DNA of 63,707 nt, the filler included, from Cercozoa sp. M6MM (Eukaryota > Protista > Endomyxa: Ascetosporea): assembly GCA_040357565.1 (NCBI GenBank). It is 8 parts of 8 records of this genome, joined end to end, with 100 filler letters (N's around TTAATTAATTAA, not from the genome) between each part and the next. Parts side by side here need not be neighbours in the genome. Positions count along the whole stretch, not along the records: positions 9,696 to 37,751 come from JBDODJ010000141.1; positions 37,852 to 41,476 come from JBDODJ010001378.1; positions 41,577 to 49,616 come from JBDODJ010000575.1; 5 more parts are not named here. One strand, written 5' to 3'. The notes beneath the pieces were generated by a model. That model saw only the letters and a list, made by a program, of their open reading frames with translations. It was not told the DNA's origin and made no database searches. The position numbers and the translations under genes are program-made. Within the stretch, counting starts at the first letter, position 1. The number at the start of each line of letters is the position of its first letter. Below are positions 11,803 through 42,785 of the stretch, piece by piece.

Positions 11803-12877
11803 TTAAAGCTGGCCGCAGTCGGCGATGCGAACGTCCTTCGAAGTGCGGCCCATAGGCGAAGAACCGAGCCTACGACAATCAAAATAATATGAAATGGGAC
11901 CCAATGCACAGAACGGAGACAAAAAAAAAACATACGACTCCATCTTGCGAACAACGTCCATGCCCTCAATGACACGGCCGAACACGACATGCTTGCCGTC
12001 GAGCCACCTGCAAGCACGCACACACACGTAGTCAGGGCACTCATATGGGAAATAAGTGTTCGTGCAGTGGTTGCAAACATGCATTGGTCAGGGTTAAAAA
12101 GCTAGTTGGTCTCATAGAGTATCGACAAATGTAGTTTCATCATTCCAATGCAGTGGTGCAGTGCGTATGTGATACGATATGTGTGTGTGTGTGGGGTGGA
12201 GTGTATAAATAACTTACGGCGTCTTCACGGTAGTGATGAAGAACTGCGAGCCGTTCGTGCCGGGACCAGCATTGGCCATCGACAGCAAACCTGCATGCAA
12301 GACACATGTGTTTGGTACACGAGGTAAATCACGACCAGGACTAAGCAGACACGTACCAACCTGGTCGTGGCGGTAGTGGAAGTTCTCGTCCTCGAAGCGC
12401 GCGCCATAGATCGACTCACCGCCACGGCCGTCACCGCGCGTGAAATCACCGCCCTGGATCATAAACTCCGGGATGATGCGGTGGAACACGCAGCCCTTGT
12501 AGTGCAGCGGCTTGCCGTTCGACGACGTGCCCTCGTTCTCGCCAGTGCAGAGCTGACGGAAGTTCTCAGCCGTCTTGGGGACCTTGTCGGCGTACAGCTC
12601 AAACACGATGCGGCCAAGCGACTCACCATCAGCCGAAACGTCGAAGAAGACCTGTGATACGCAGTGTCATAAAAAAGCAGAGTGCAATGAAAAAACGCAA
12701 AAACACCACAAAAGCACCAAACAACGAGAAAATAGCAACTGCAATGTATGCAGCGGTGCGTCACTCAGTTCAGCACCCCATACACATTATGCGTGGCGCA
12801 AATTCAGGAAAAGTCGCCACACGCTTTTTGCAAAACAGAGCGCAGTCGTATACACAACGCACCTGCGGGTTGGACAT
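11803..12877 (-). CDS. Cytosolic cyclophilin (peptidyl-prolyl cis-trans isomerase), 5 exons
   Basis: [113 protein letters not shown]. Confidence 0.98.
12080..12152 (-). ncRNA. Intronic box C/D snoRNA, SNORD36/snR47-type guide for SSU rRNA 2'-O-methyl-A
   Basis: Terminal stem TGCATTGG/CCAATGCA, box C ATGATGA (12143-12137), box D CTGA (12091-12088). Guide AGCTTTTTAAC is antisense to conserved SSU rRNA GUUAAAAAGCU. Lies in an unusually long (~200 nt) cyclophilin intron. Confidence 0.88.
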
Positions 12878-13179
12878 CTTGTGTTGGGGTGTGCGATACG
12901 AAAAGGCGTCACAGGCTAGCAAACCGGTGTTCGAACTTTCTTTCTGGCTCTAAAACTCAGTCTGTACAATATTGTACAGATGTGCTGTCCAATCTGACAA
13001 ACCTGGCTCAGGTATGTTGCCCAGCACAAGAAGAAGTCGATGTAGAACTGTAGGGTACAGTATCGATACTCTACTTCAAAACTGCTGCTGTTTCGTGTAA
13101 TTACCGGCTGCCGGGTCTTATTTGAAACTCGATTGAAGTGCGTCTTGCTTGTGGGTGCGGCGCCGCGTCGGATATCCAA

Positions 13180-15841
<2,662 letters not shown>

Positions 15842-16120
15842 GGTGCCGCCGAAAAGCTAGAAAAATTAGTCAGGTAGAAGGCTGCGAAACAGCTCGTAAC
15901 ACCCTGTGCCACCAAAACAAGGAGAACAAGGGCACCTCAGCACACGTTTTATCAGGCTTTTACTGTGTTGTGCACGGTCAGAAATTTGGGTTTTCGTTTT
16001 CATTTTACCCTGGGTTGACATACGCCACAAATTAAATACGATATCGTATGCGATGCCGTCGCTTTTAGGATTATGCGAAACGGATCACAGAATGCACTTT
16101 TGCTTCGTTCAGTTCGACAG

Positions 16121-32807
<16,687 letters not shown>

Positions 32808-33349
32808 CACCGCACTACGCACACACACATACAAAACAATGCAAAGAAGCACACAGCACTGGACGGAGCAGCCAAAATTGGGGAAGGGAAGTGAGTGCAG
32901 CCCATAAAAAGAACAGACAAACACACGTGGCTGCTTGACCTGCAATCTGAGCACGCTAAGCGCGTTCAAAGTACACAGGCAATGCCCCTCTAGCCGTCTG
33001 CGGGTCAACAATTAGTGAAAGGCTTGCTTCTGGGTCAAGCTGTCTGTTATCTTCTGCCTTAGAAAGACTGAAGAAGAGGTCAATTTCCGTCAGCCGAAGC
33101 GAGAGCAATCAGCTATAAAAGTCAGTTTTTTATTGTTCAGAGCTGTGGTACTACCATGTTACATGCTTTTTACTAGTTTTTGTAAGCTTTAAGCAGTTCC
33201 GGGGTTTCTTTGATCGTTTCTCTGAACGAAAATGTGTAAAATAAAGAAAAATACGTGGCCTGCCTGCCGAGCCTAGCACACCGGAAACTGCTCCCAGTGG
33301 CCCAGCTGCGCTCCGCCTTGTCATACGCGGTTTCACTTGGGTTTGAAGG

Positions 33350-34795
33350 ATGTGGTGGATCGCCCCGCTGTTGCTGGTTCTGGGCTCTGCCCATGCGCTT
33401 CGCGAAGAAGTGGAGTTCCAGGTATGTAACTCCGTACCGGCTGCGTATGTACCTTTGCGCGCGCCTGCACGTTTGTGTGCAAATTCGTGAACGTTGTCAC
33501 GATACATTGTCGATGTATGCAGATGGAGAACTTCCGTGTTATGGGAGTATCACACGCTGCTATCTACGGCAAGCAGGACATTAAGGTAAAGCTGTTGCAG
33601 ATGCTTTGTGCGGTCTGCAAGGGTTCCATTTTGCTTCTCCCAGGATGCTAAATTCGATCCTGTGGCGTCGTGGGAGTTCGACCTGACTCGTTCGCCTGAG
33701 TACAAGTCGGTACGCGTGTTGAGTATCGACGTCTTGTGTCTGCCTTTACTTACCTATGGTTCTGTGTAGCGTTTGGGTTCTGTCGCTGTCGTTGTGGCTC
33801 CGGTGTCGGTGACTGAGAAACTTGGTATGCCTTTCGTTCGAGCAGTACATTGGGTGTGGATGTGCGCTGTTCTTCTCGTAGGTGCGCCGCTCACGGAAGA
33901 AGAGAAAGCAGAGCTGCCGGATACGGTGGACAAGGACAGTAAGCGCCACTGGTGCTGCACACGTGCTCTGTTTGATGCCAAGAGGTGCGACGAAATCGGG
34001 TTTCCCGTGTTTCCGAAACTCTCGGAGGATGAAGAAGCCCGTGTTTTTAAGCGTCGTTACGAACTGTGGGATGACGTTGATGTTGTGAACGTGCAAGGTA
34101 TGCAACCAGAGTGGCCGAGGTTCCTATTTCACTGCACTGTTGTTGTCAGGCGCATGGACTCCTTTGCGTGCTGACACCTACCGCCTCGTTCTCGCTAGCT
34201 GCGACCATGATGCAGGTAATTGCACACTCGCGACTTATTGCACGTGAATGTATGTGGTAATGTTCCGCTCTACGCAGGACCTTTGGACGTGTCGGCCCAA
34301 GTGTACTGGTTCAACCCGTACGGCTGGCTCGGAGGCGAAATGTATGGCATCGTGTCCTTCTACGGTACTCTGACTATTGCAGTTAGTGCGTACGTATCGC
34401 AAGTGTGGTGCAGGCTGGCTGGCTGGTATCTACCTGGTGGCCGGCGTTGCCTGGCTCTTCGTGACGCACCGTCACAAAAACAGCGTCATGGTGTGTTTGC
34501 GTGCTGATATTAAGCTTCTCTTTTGTGGCACGCTCGTGTCTCACAGGCGGTGCAAAACGCTGTGACGATGGTGCTTTCTGTTGCGATGGTCGAAATGGCG
34601 GTCTGGTTCTCCAATTGGCAGTCGCTTAATGCCGTCGGTACTCTCAGTTTAAGGCTGTTTTGTGTTACTGGGCACCGCTTTTCTTTTTGCTTGCCTCAGG
34701 AGTGCGCAGCAACCCGCCATTCTTTGTGGGCATGCTACTCTCAGTGCTGCGTCGCACTGCGTCTCGCATGCTGGTATTATGACCACTTGTCTCGG

Positions 34796-34847
<52 letters not shown>

Positions 34848-35160
34848 GGTTTCGTGTCGGGTTTAGGTTTTGGCTGTCTCGCTTGGGTACGGCGTTGTTC
34901 ACTCGACTCAAGGCACTGACTCCCTTGGTACGCCGATGCTCGTCTTTGCATGTTGCCGCTTTGTGATGACTTTCCGTGTAGGTCGCGGTGTCGCACTGAA
35001 ACTCTGGGGCATTGGCGTGGTCTACTTTGTCGCCTCCTTGTGCTACGAGTACTTCTTCCACTTCCGTCACCACACGCGCGTCACGTTTGGCGAACGTCTC
35101 GTTGTGATGACGCCGGTGGCTGGTAGAACCTTGAGCACGCCATTCCTTGAGCCTGTGACC

Positions 35161-35198
<38 letters not shown>

Positions 35199-35876
35199 TG
35201 TGTTACAGTGCTTGACGCCGTCTTTTACTGGTGGATCTTCGTGGCGCTGTCTCGCACGATTGTGCACCTGCAGCACCAGCGCCAGACTGCCAAGCTTGCG
35301 CATTTCCGCAAGTTCACCAAGCTGCTGTCGGGGTATTGTTCCCGGTTCTTGTAGACTCTTTGGTACGGCGTGTGTGCCCCGTGTGTAGTTCGTTGATCGT
35401 TGCCTTCCTGCTGTCGTTCTGGCACGTGTTCTACGTCAGCAGCGGCCGTGCGTCCGAGAGATGGAGCAATGCCTGGTTCTACGAGAACGGCGCCTGGGTG
35501 GTGCTTTACTCGGCTGTGCTGTTCGGCGTCATGTACCTGTGGCGTCCCACCGAGCACAGCAAGGACTACGCGTACGCGCAGCAGCTGCCCATGAGCGGTG
35601 ATGTCGACATGGCCGACTTGCATGGCTACGGTACCTCTGAAGGGGCAGTGTTGGGCTTTTGTAGTTGGAATGGTTTTTGCATTCAGATGCCGAGCGTGGT
35701 GGCGACGCTTTGGACGAGCTGGATAGAGACCTTGACGCCTTTTCTGCTGGTCTAGGTGTCTCCCCAGACGGCCCAGGTACGTTTTGCTTTTGAAGATGGG
35801 TATTTTCTTTGTGTTGCTTGCGTGACCGCCTGGTGTCTGCCCTGCCTTAGACACGGTCAGCGACGACGAGAGCTGA
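33350..35876 (+). CDS. GOST-family seven-TM protein (TMEM87/GPR107, Lung_7-TM_R)
   Basis: Signal peptide MWWIAPLLLVLGSAHA; WFNPYGWLGGEMYGIVSFY; LDAVFYWWIFVALSRTIVHLQHQRQTAKLAHFRKF; MYLWRPTEHSKDYAY; acidic tail. Confidence 0.9.
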
Positions 35877-36660
35877 GTGGCATGCCATGCTGCATGTATT
35901 CATTACACTTCGCTCCAGTCCGGCGCACTTCACCCCACTGCCATTGGGCATCGAATTAGATGGATGATCATGAACGAATCTAACCCGACCTGCTGCGTAC
36001 TAAATGTTCTAACGTGAACTGCAGGTATAACATACGATACGTACGGTATGGTGTCAATGTATGATGATGCTATTTACGGCCTTGGCGAATTTAGTTTAAC
36101 TCGTTAGCGTACAGTTAGCTATCATAGTTGTCGGATAGTTGTCTGTTCGGTTCGCGTCGTCGTGTCCGACCGGACTGGGGACCGGACGTCGGTCAGGTCG
36201 GGTTCCCGTCCAGGCAGTCGACATCGTCGGGCACACGCACTGCATGGCAGGTACAGTATCGAAAACGAAAATATCCGACTCGACGACGACAGCGAGGCGA
36301 CGAGACGGCCACACCGATGACTTTTCCTGCTCCCAGCCCGCCACCTGTACCAACCTTGAAGAAGATTTCCTGGGGAACTTCAAAAGGGAGTCAGATGGCC
36401 ACCCCAAGCGGGCGGTGGATTACGGTCATGCGCTTGTGACTCACCCTAGGATTGGTACCGGTACAGGAAAACTACAGAGTTCGGTTGGTTTCTTCGTAGA
36501 CTGAACTAACTACGCTAACTATTGACGAAAATATCGATATCATAATGTCACTACCTACTATTACCGTACAACTGAACCGAAAGTTCGAGTCAACGCGTCC
36601 GGACGGTTCGCAGGCACCGTGCACACTCCAGCTCCGCTGGCTGCTCTAAGCACCGTGCTG

Positions 36661-37681
36661 TCAATCAGCTCCTAATCCATGTCCGTTGATGGGTCGGCCA
36701 CCATCGCCTACAATACGCGCAGAGTATATGTACCAAGGACCCCCACGACACAACAAAGGTGACAGCAAGAGAACGCACCTGGATGGCTCGTTCGACCTGC
36801 GAGGCATGCGAGAGTACTGAGTCGCTACGCCGCCGGTCGAGGTTCGCGTCGAGATTGGCAGCATCGGCGTGTCGCTCGTCGTCGTCGCGCGACAGGCCGA
36901 GATCGACCTCGTCGACGTGCACGGCGACGGAGCGCGCGTCGTCGTCGTCGCTGTAGCTGCGGTCAGACGTTCCGTCTGTCATCTCGAGCTCACTGCGACG
37001 TTGTCGTTCACGCTCCCTCCTTCTCTGCTGGCGAAGGAAATCAAGGAAATCTTATCAAGAGTGCTTTTAGTGTGTCGCAGTGAAGAGGTACCTGGTGGGA
37101 CCGCTGCCAAGCATCGCGCTCGGCTTCTTGCTTCATGCGCAGCTCCTCGCGTCTTCTGGCCTGCCCGAGAGAAGTCGTAGTTGCCTCCTCCGACATACAC
37201 CAAACACAAAACACAAAGTACGTTCTGTTGCTCTGCACGTCGGTCCAGTCGTCGCTGGCGTATCTACACAAAGGTAGGTGTACGTGTGCGTGTGCATATG
37301 CACAGGACATTGGATACCTCTCGGCGCGACAGGATCCAATGGTACGTGGTCTGCCTCGTCATGATCAGCATTATGTGGAAGACCCACAGGATGCCGACCA
37401 ACACTAGGGCCGCGAACGGCGCCTGTCCACACAGGCGTGCGATCAAGGACAACTCCTCCCAGAACACAGATACTGTACCACGGTTGCCACGCCGATCGTG
37501 ATCGCAAAGGCCGTCGACGAGCCGAACAAGGACTATGCATGCCATGTGATTATGTGTGTGTGTACGTGTCTTCATGTAGCAAGTGGTATACGTCTTCGAT
37601 CCGTTGGTTGATGTCGTCGGAGTCCCTCTCCAAAATTAGGTACACATTCAGCACCAGGTGGGCGACGCTCTGTACACGTGG

Positions 37682-37684
<3 letters not shown>
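36661..37684 (-). CDS. C-terminal half of a DHHC-type protein S-acyltransferase (probable); 5' part missing
   Basis: FAALVLVGILWVFHIMLIMTRQTTYHWILSRRE resembles TM4 plus the TTxE motif; the DHHC motif itself is not in this contig. Confidence 0.6.
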
Positions 37685-37751
<67 letters not shown>

Positions 37752-37988
37752 NNNNNNNNNNNNNNNNNNNNNNNNNNNNNNNNNNNNNNNNNNNNTTAAT
37801 TAATTAANNNNNNNNNNNNNNNNNNNNNNNNNNNNNNNNNNNNNNNNNNNNGGGGGGGGGGGGTCTCTTTGTCAGAGGGATGCGACTTTGGTAGGTGACG
37901 CGTGCGATGGAAGAACAGCGGAGACAGCGCATTGTGAGTTGTGTTGCCAAGGGGTTGCGTTCGCTTGGTGTGTGTCACTCTACGCTAG

Positions 37989-38195
37989 TTGTCGCAGGCA
38001 CAGCGCGCGCAGAAGGCAGCCCAGCGAAGCAACAACAGCTCGAACAACAGCGAGAGTGGTGACGGTTCCAGCAGTCACAGCATGCCGCTGCCGCAGCCTG
38101 TGCCGCCCCCCGGCGCCGCCCTGTCCGGAGGCATCTCGGTACAGAGCATATCCTTGCCGATGCCGCAGCCAGAAATGCCGCCTTCCGCTCAATGA
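37989..38195 (+). CDS. Terminal exon of an unknown protein (Ser/Asn/Pro-rich tail)
   Basis: Acceptor ctag followed by open GC-rich frame ending TGA; contig start truncates the gene. Confidence 0.45.
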   Translation: MSQAQRAQKAAQRSNNSSNNSESGDGSSSHSMPLPQPVPPPGAALSGGISVQSISLPMPQPEMPPSAQ

Positions 38196-38495
38196 CGCGA
38201 TCACCATAACTTTTATGTTACTGACGTTACGTTTGTCAGTGAAAATAACCCGTCACGGGGAAAAATCGTGTAGAAAAACCCTTCTCTACGTACAGACCGC
38301 ATAGCGACCGGCTGATGCCAAGTAGATGAGGATTTCTCTTTTGCCAACTGGCAGGCTCAATCTACACATGACAGGCTTTCAGACAGGTTCAGTCTGCTTA
38401 TCCCCGACAGACTGCATAATCTGAGTCTGTAACATTTTGGTTTCATCAACTGCAGCTAACAGCTTTCCTTTGTGCTCTACACAACGAGGTCACGG

Positions 38496-39087
38496 TTATT
38501 TATTCTTCTTTGACTGAGACCGGGTGTCCTTCTGGTCTTTCCGCGCCGTCTCGGACTCGTCGGTCTTGTCCAGCGTGAGCATCGTAACACCGCCGATCGT
38601 GAGTGCCGTGCCGAGGAACCACTTCTGCGTCAGCGTGTCGCCAAAAAACAAGGCACCTAGCAGGCCCTGCATGCAGTGTACATACACACGCACATACACA
38701 CGCACAGAACAGGCAGCTGTACAGAAAGCGCGAACGACACGGCATTACTCGTTGCCGTGGCAGTCACGGTTCCTGTTTTTTGCATCGCCTACAGGTTGCA
38801 CCCATTCAGACAAACTACATTGTTCTCAGGTATGGAAAACTACTTTAACTAGTGTGGTCCACATGACGCCATTCAGCGCGATCATCGCGCCCACTCCAAT
38901 CGCTGCTTGCACGATCCACGCATGCTGTCAGTGGCACAACAAATCCTCACAGACCAACAAAGATACACAAACAACCTACCTGCCACGTTATGCCGAGACT
39001 CTCCCGCAACGAGTCCTCGAACGCGCATTTGCCAGCAACACTCGCCAGAGTCCCCAACACCGCGGCAAGTACTGCGTTAGCGGCCAT
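38496..39087 (-). CDS. TMEM42-like small DMT/EamA membrane protein, 4 exons
   Basis: MAANAVLAAVLGTLASVAGKCAF..MIALNGVMWTTLVKAMQKTGTVTATATSNAVSFALSGLLGALFFGDTLTQKWFLGTALTIGGVTML. Confidence 0.85.
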
Positions 39088-39251
39088 GAAATCCACTAAT
39101 CTGTTTTATATTTTATGACTACACAGAAGTACACCCACTGAAGCGGCCTACGCGCAACGATGCATAAAAGAGGTCGCGCCCTTAAGGCTTGCAGCCAAAA
39201 ACTAATTTGTGCGCTCGAAACTTGCACTTTCAGGTTTAATGAGTATTTAAA

Positions 39252-41076
39252 ATGAGATACGAGACTGCCCTGCGTCGACTAGCTCAATTACGTCGACCGG
39301 TAGCGTCAATCGGCTATCGAGCGTTTGCTGATTTCGTATTTTGCAGGGACCACAGGGACTCCGCGCGGATGCCGATTTGCTGGCGGTTCCGTCAGCACTG
39401 CGTGAATTGCTCGGAGACCCAATCGCTTCCATTCCAGGCCACGTGCTTCACGTGGCAGGTACAAATGGAAAGGGCAGTGTGGCATGCAAGCTGACGAACG
39501 CACTGCACACCGCAAGACCGAGCAGCGACGATGACTCGGCTGACCGACATGGCCACTTAGCCAAAGTCGGCACTTTCACTTCGCCTCACATCTCATCTTG
39601 GAGAGAGAGAATAAGAGTAGTTCTGGGTGCATTCCATGTGTCTGTGTGGAGATGCTACAATCTTTCTCAAGCAGGTCAACAACGAGCTGATTTCGGAAGC
39701 TGATGCTGCTCTCGAACTAACTCAAATCTTCGCTCTTCTCGATGAGGTAAACAAAGACAATTGTTTTGTGCCATCGAAAGCAATCTTTCCGATAGAACAA
39801 GCTGGACGCTTCAATGTTCGAAGCGCTGACGGCACTAGCTGCGCTTCACTTTCGCAGCCAAGAATGTCGCCATGTCGTTTTTGAAGCTGGGGTTGGAGGT
39901 GTTCTGCCAGAAATTGTGTGGTTTGAGTTTGACAGTTTGGATGTTGCAAAGGCGAATTAGATGCTACAACAGCGATGATTCAACCTTATGGTATGCTAGT
40001 TGTTCAATCGGAGTGGTATGTTTGATTGTCACCGTCTGGTCAGGCATCGGAATCGTGACTTCGGTGGCACGTGATCATGTGGCACTGCTCGGCTCTGACT
40101 TGGCCGGAATCGCACGTGCCAAACTCGGCATTGTGCCGCGCGGAAGCACCGTTTTCGTGTCGAATCAAGTTTACACACTGGCACAGCGTGATGCGGAGGT
40201 ATCAATTTGTGAATGTGTGTTTCGAAGGCGAGTCTGTTTAGGTGGGCAAAGTGCTCGAAAAATACGACGTGCGACACGTCGATCCGAGCGACGTCAATAA
40301 TCTCAAAGATCACTTCTCTCCTCAAGCGGATATGCCGGAATACGAATGGCAAAACGCTGCACTGTGCGACCTTGTTTTGCGTCATCTGGGTGGTACACTA
40401 TTTGGTTTCCTTTATCTTCGTCCATCGCAATAGGTACGGTGTGTGGGTGTGTGTCATTAGTTGAGTATGCTGACGAAGCCCTGCTGTGCCGTCCTCCGTG
40501 CCGAGCACAGTGGATTGGCAATGGTGCCCTTTTAATTTTCAGCGATGCATGGTCGGTTTGTAGTAAGTGTTCTTGTTCGCAGTGATGCTGGACACTGCGC
40601 ACAATGAAGAAGCCGTGCGCGAAGCTCTCGCAAACGCAGAGCGTTGGGCGTTAAATTCGACGTTGCACGTCGCTTTTGGTTGCAGTGCGGGTACTTACTT
40701 ATGATGCAGCCGATACGCACAGCGATTTCCTGTCACAGACAAGGACGCCACCAGTATGCTCAAGTGCGTGCAAGACTATGCCAACGTTGTGCTGCATCCG
40801 GTCTCGGCAGAGTCACCTCGTTCCATGCCGGTCGACAATATCGTGCGTGTCGCGACTGAACTGGTGCGTAACGCTTACTTGCGTCGAGTGCACTTGGGTA
40901 TGCTGTGACAGGGCATTCGAACCGAGCTGCTCGGCAGCGTCCACGACACTGTGCTGGAGTGCAAGCAGCGCGATGAACCCGCAGTTGTGTGCGGCAGCAC
41001 CTTTCTCATGCCAGAGGCACTACGCGCACTCAAGTCGTCGCTACCCTCCGACCCAATTAACTTCAACGAGATTTGA
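39252..41076 (+). CDS. folC: Folylpolyglutamate synthase / dihydrofolate synthase (FolC family)
   Basis: VLHVAGTNGKGSV; VGTFTSPHISSWRERIRVNN; SMFEALTALA; VFEAGVGGELDATT; VTSVARDHVALLGSDLAGIARAKLGI; MLDTAHNEEA; VVCGSTFLM. Confidence 0.93.
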
Positions 41077-41576
41077 TGATTTCTCGATCGTGGTCCGTGC
41101 TATATATAGTACGCATGAACAAAGCAGCGTAGCTGTACTGGACGAACTGAACTCCGCGGCCTTAACTATACATTATCCGTCACCAGACGCTAAAAATACA
41201 GGACGGAACAGGCGACCGCGAAGTAACCGAACCGAACTCACGACCTCGTACCCCCAATGCACGTTTGACGGCTTCGTGTCGCCAAGCTTCAACGCTCTTA
41301 GAAGACTGAACTAACTAACCCGCTCAGTTCACGGTACTGGTGCCGCCAGTGCCACCGGCCGTCACAGTAGGCCGAGTGCTTTGGTTGGGGTGGCGCACGG
41401 TGCTCAGGGAGACATCCACGCCGCGACTCAGGCCGCCCGACGACGAACCTAGATCAGAACAAGGGAGGTAAATAGANNNNNNNNNNNNNNNNNNNNNNNN
41501 NNNNNNNNNNNNNNNNNNNNTTAATTAATTAANNNNNNNNNNNNNNNNNNNNNNNNNNNNNNNNNNNNNNNNNNNN

Positions 41577-42636
41577 TCCAGACTGAAGTGCTGATGACTG
41601 ACATGAACAATCAAAGCATACTTCGGGTGCTTTGTTTTAGCTACGCAGCTTTATTAATGTTGAGAAAGCAAAGCTCATTTTTTACTATCAGGGAAAGACG
41701 CCATTAGATCATGCTGCTGCGAAGGGAGACTCTGAGAAAGAAAGTCTTATGTTCAAGCCATTCATCATTTTTATTTCTACGACTGTGTGAACAGTTGGAG
41801 TTCATTCTCCGCTTGGAATGGTTCGACCCAAATGTCGGACGTTCGTCTGGACAGACGCCCCTCGAACGTCTGCTCAAGAGTGCGCAGGATGCTCAGACCG
41901 AAATTCAACTTCACCGCGACATGCTGAGCAGGTTAAAAACCTGTTCGCTGTACGTTTCGTTTAAACTGAATGTCTGCACAAAGACACGGGGACAAAACTT
42001 AACTTGACAGGTTGGAACGCTGGAAGGACCGCCGAAGAATTCGCGATCTGAAACGAAGGATTCGAGGTACGCCTTCGGTTTTAGCTGTCCAGCCAGGCAT
42101 CCGAGATTCGAAACAGAAATGACCGCCGAGGCCGAACAACGTAAGGAAAGTCAAATGGCGTGTGCTCGGCTCTTGGTGGATTTTGGAGCGTCGATCCGCG
42201 TTCATGGCGACTGGAACGTGTGTTCCCACCAGTTTATATTACCTGGCGAAAGATACCTTTAAATTACCCTGTCATTGTGATGTCTTTCCCAGGTGACGCT
42301 GAAGGAAGTCATGCAGTCCAAGATCCGTGCTGTTGCATCTGCTGTTGTGAAATACAGGTACTGTGTGACCTTGTTGTTGTTATTTCTCAACACACGCCTT
42401 TTTTTGTTATCGTAGGCAAGGCGACAAACAGGTGTGTGTTGATATCGCCGGCATTATCATCCAATACGCCTTGTACTGTCCCGTACTTTTGTTCTTTTAT
42501 TTCTTTATAGTTAAACTTACACACAACGCAAATGAACGAGCGAAACATTCACTGCGCCCTGTTTGCGTGCAAGCAGGAACTGGACATTACGTGCAAGTCC
42601 ATCGGCTCGATTATTCAGGATGAAATCTGGCGATAG
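41577..42636 (+). CDS. Ankyrin-repeat protein, tandem paralog 1 (5' truncated by linker)
   Basis: GKTPLDHAAAKGDSEKLEFILRLEWFDPNVGRSSGQTPLERL; exon structure collinear with 42786-45280. Confidence 0.75.
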
Positions 42637-42785
42637 CTTTTTTTACAACTGTCTTTAAAGTCAAAAACAGCACAACTAACTCGTAAGATTGAACTGAAGC
42701 AGCAACTATTTTTTTTTTGAGCTTTAGCGTGCACCACTTGGCGATCCTAGGTGTGCGTGCTTGTGCTGGCACCTTTTGAGGCCAT

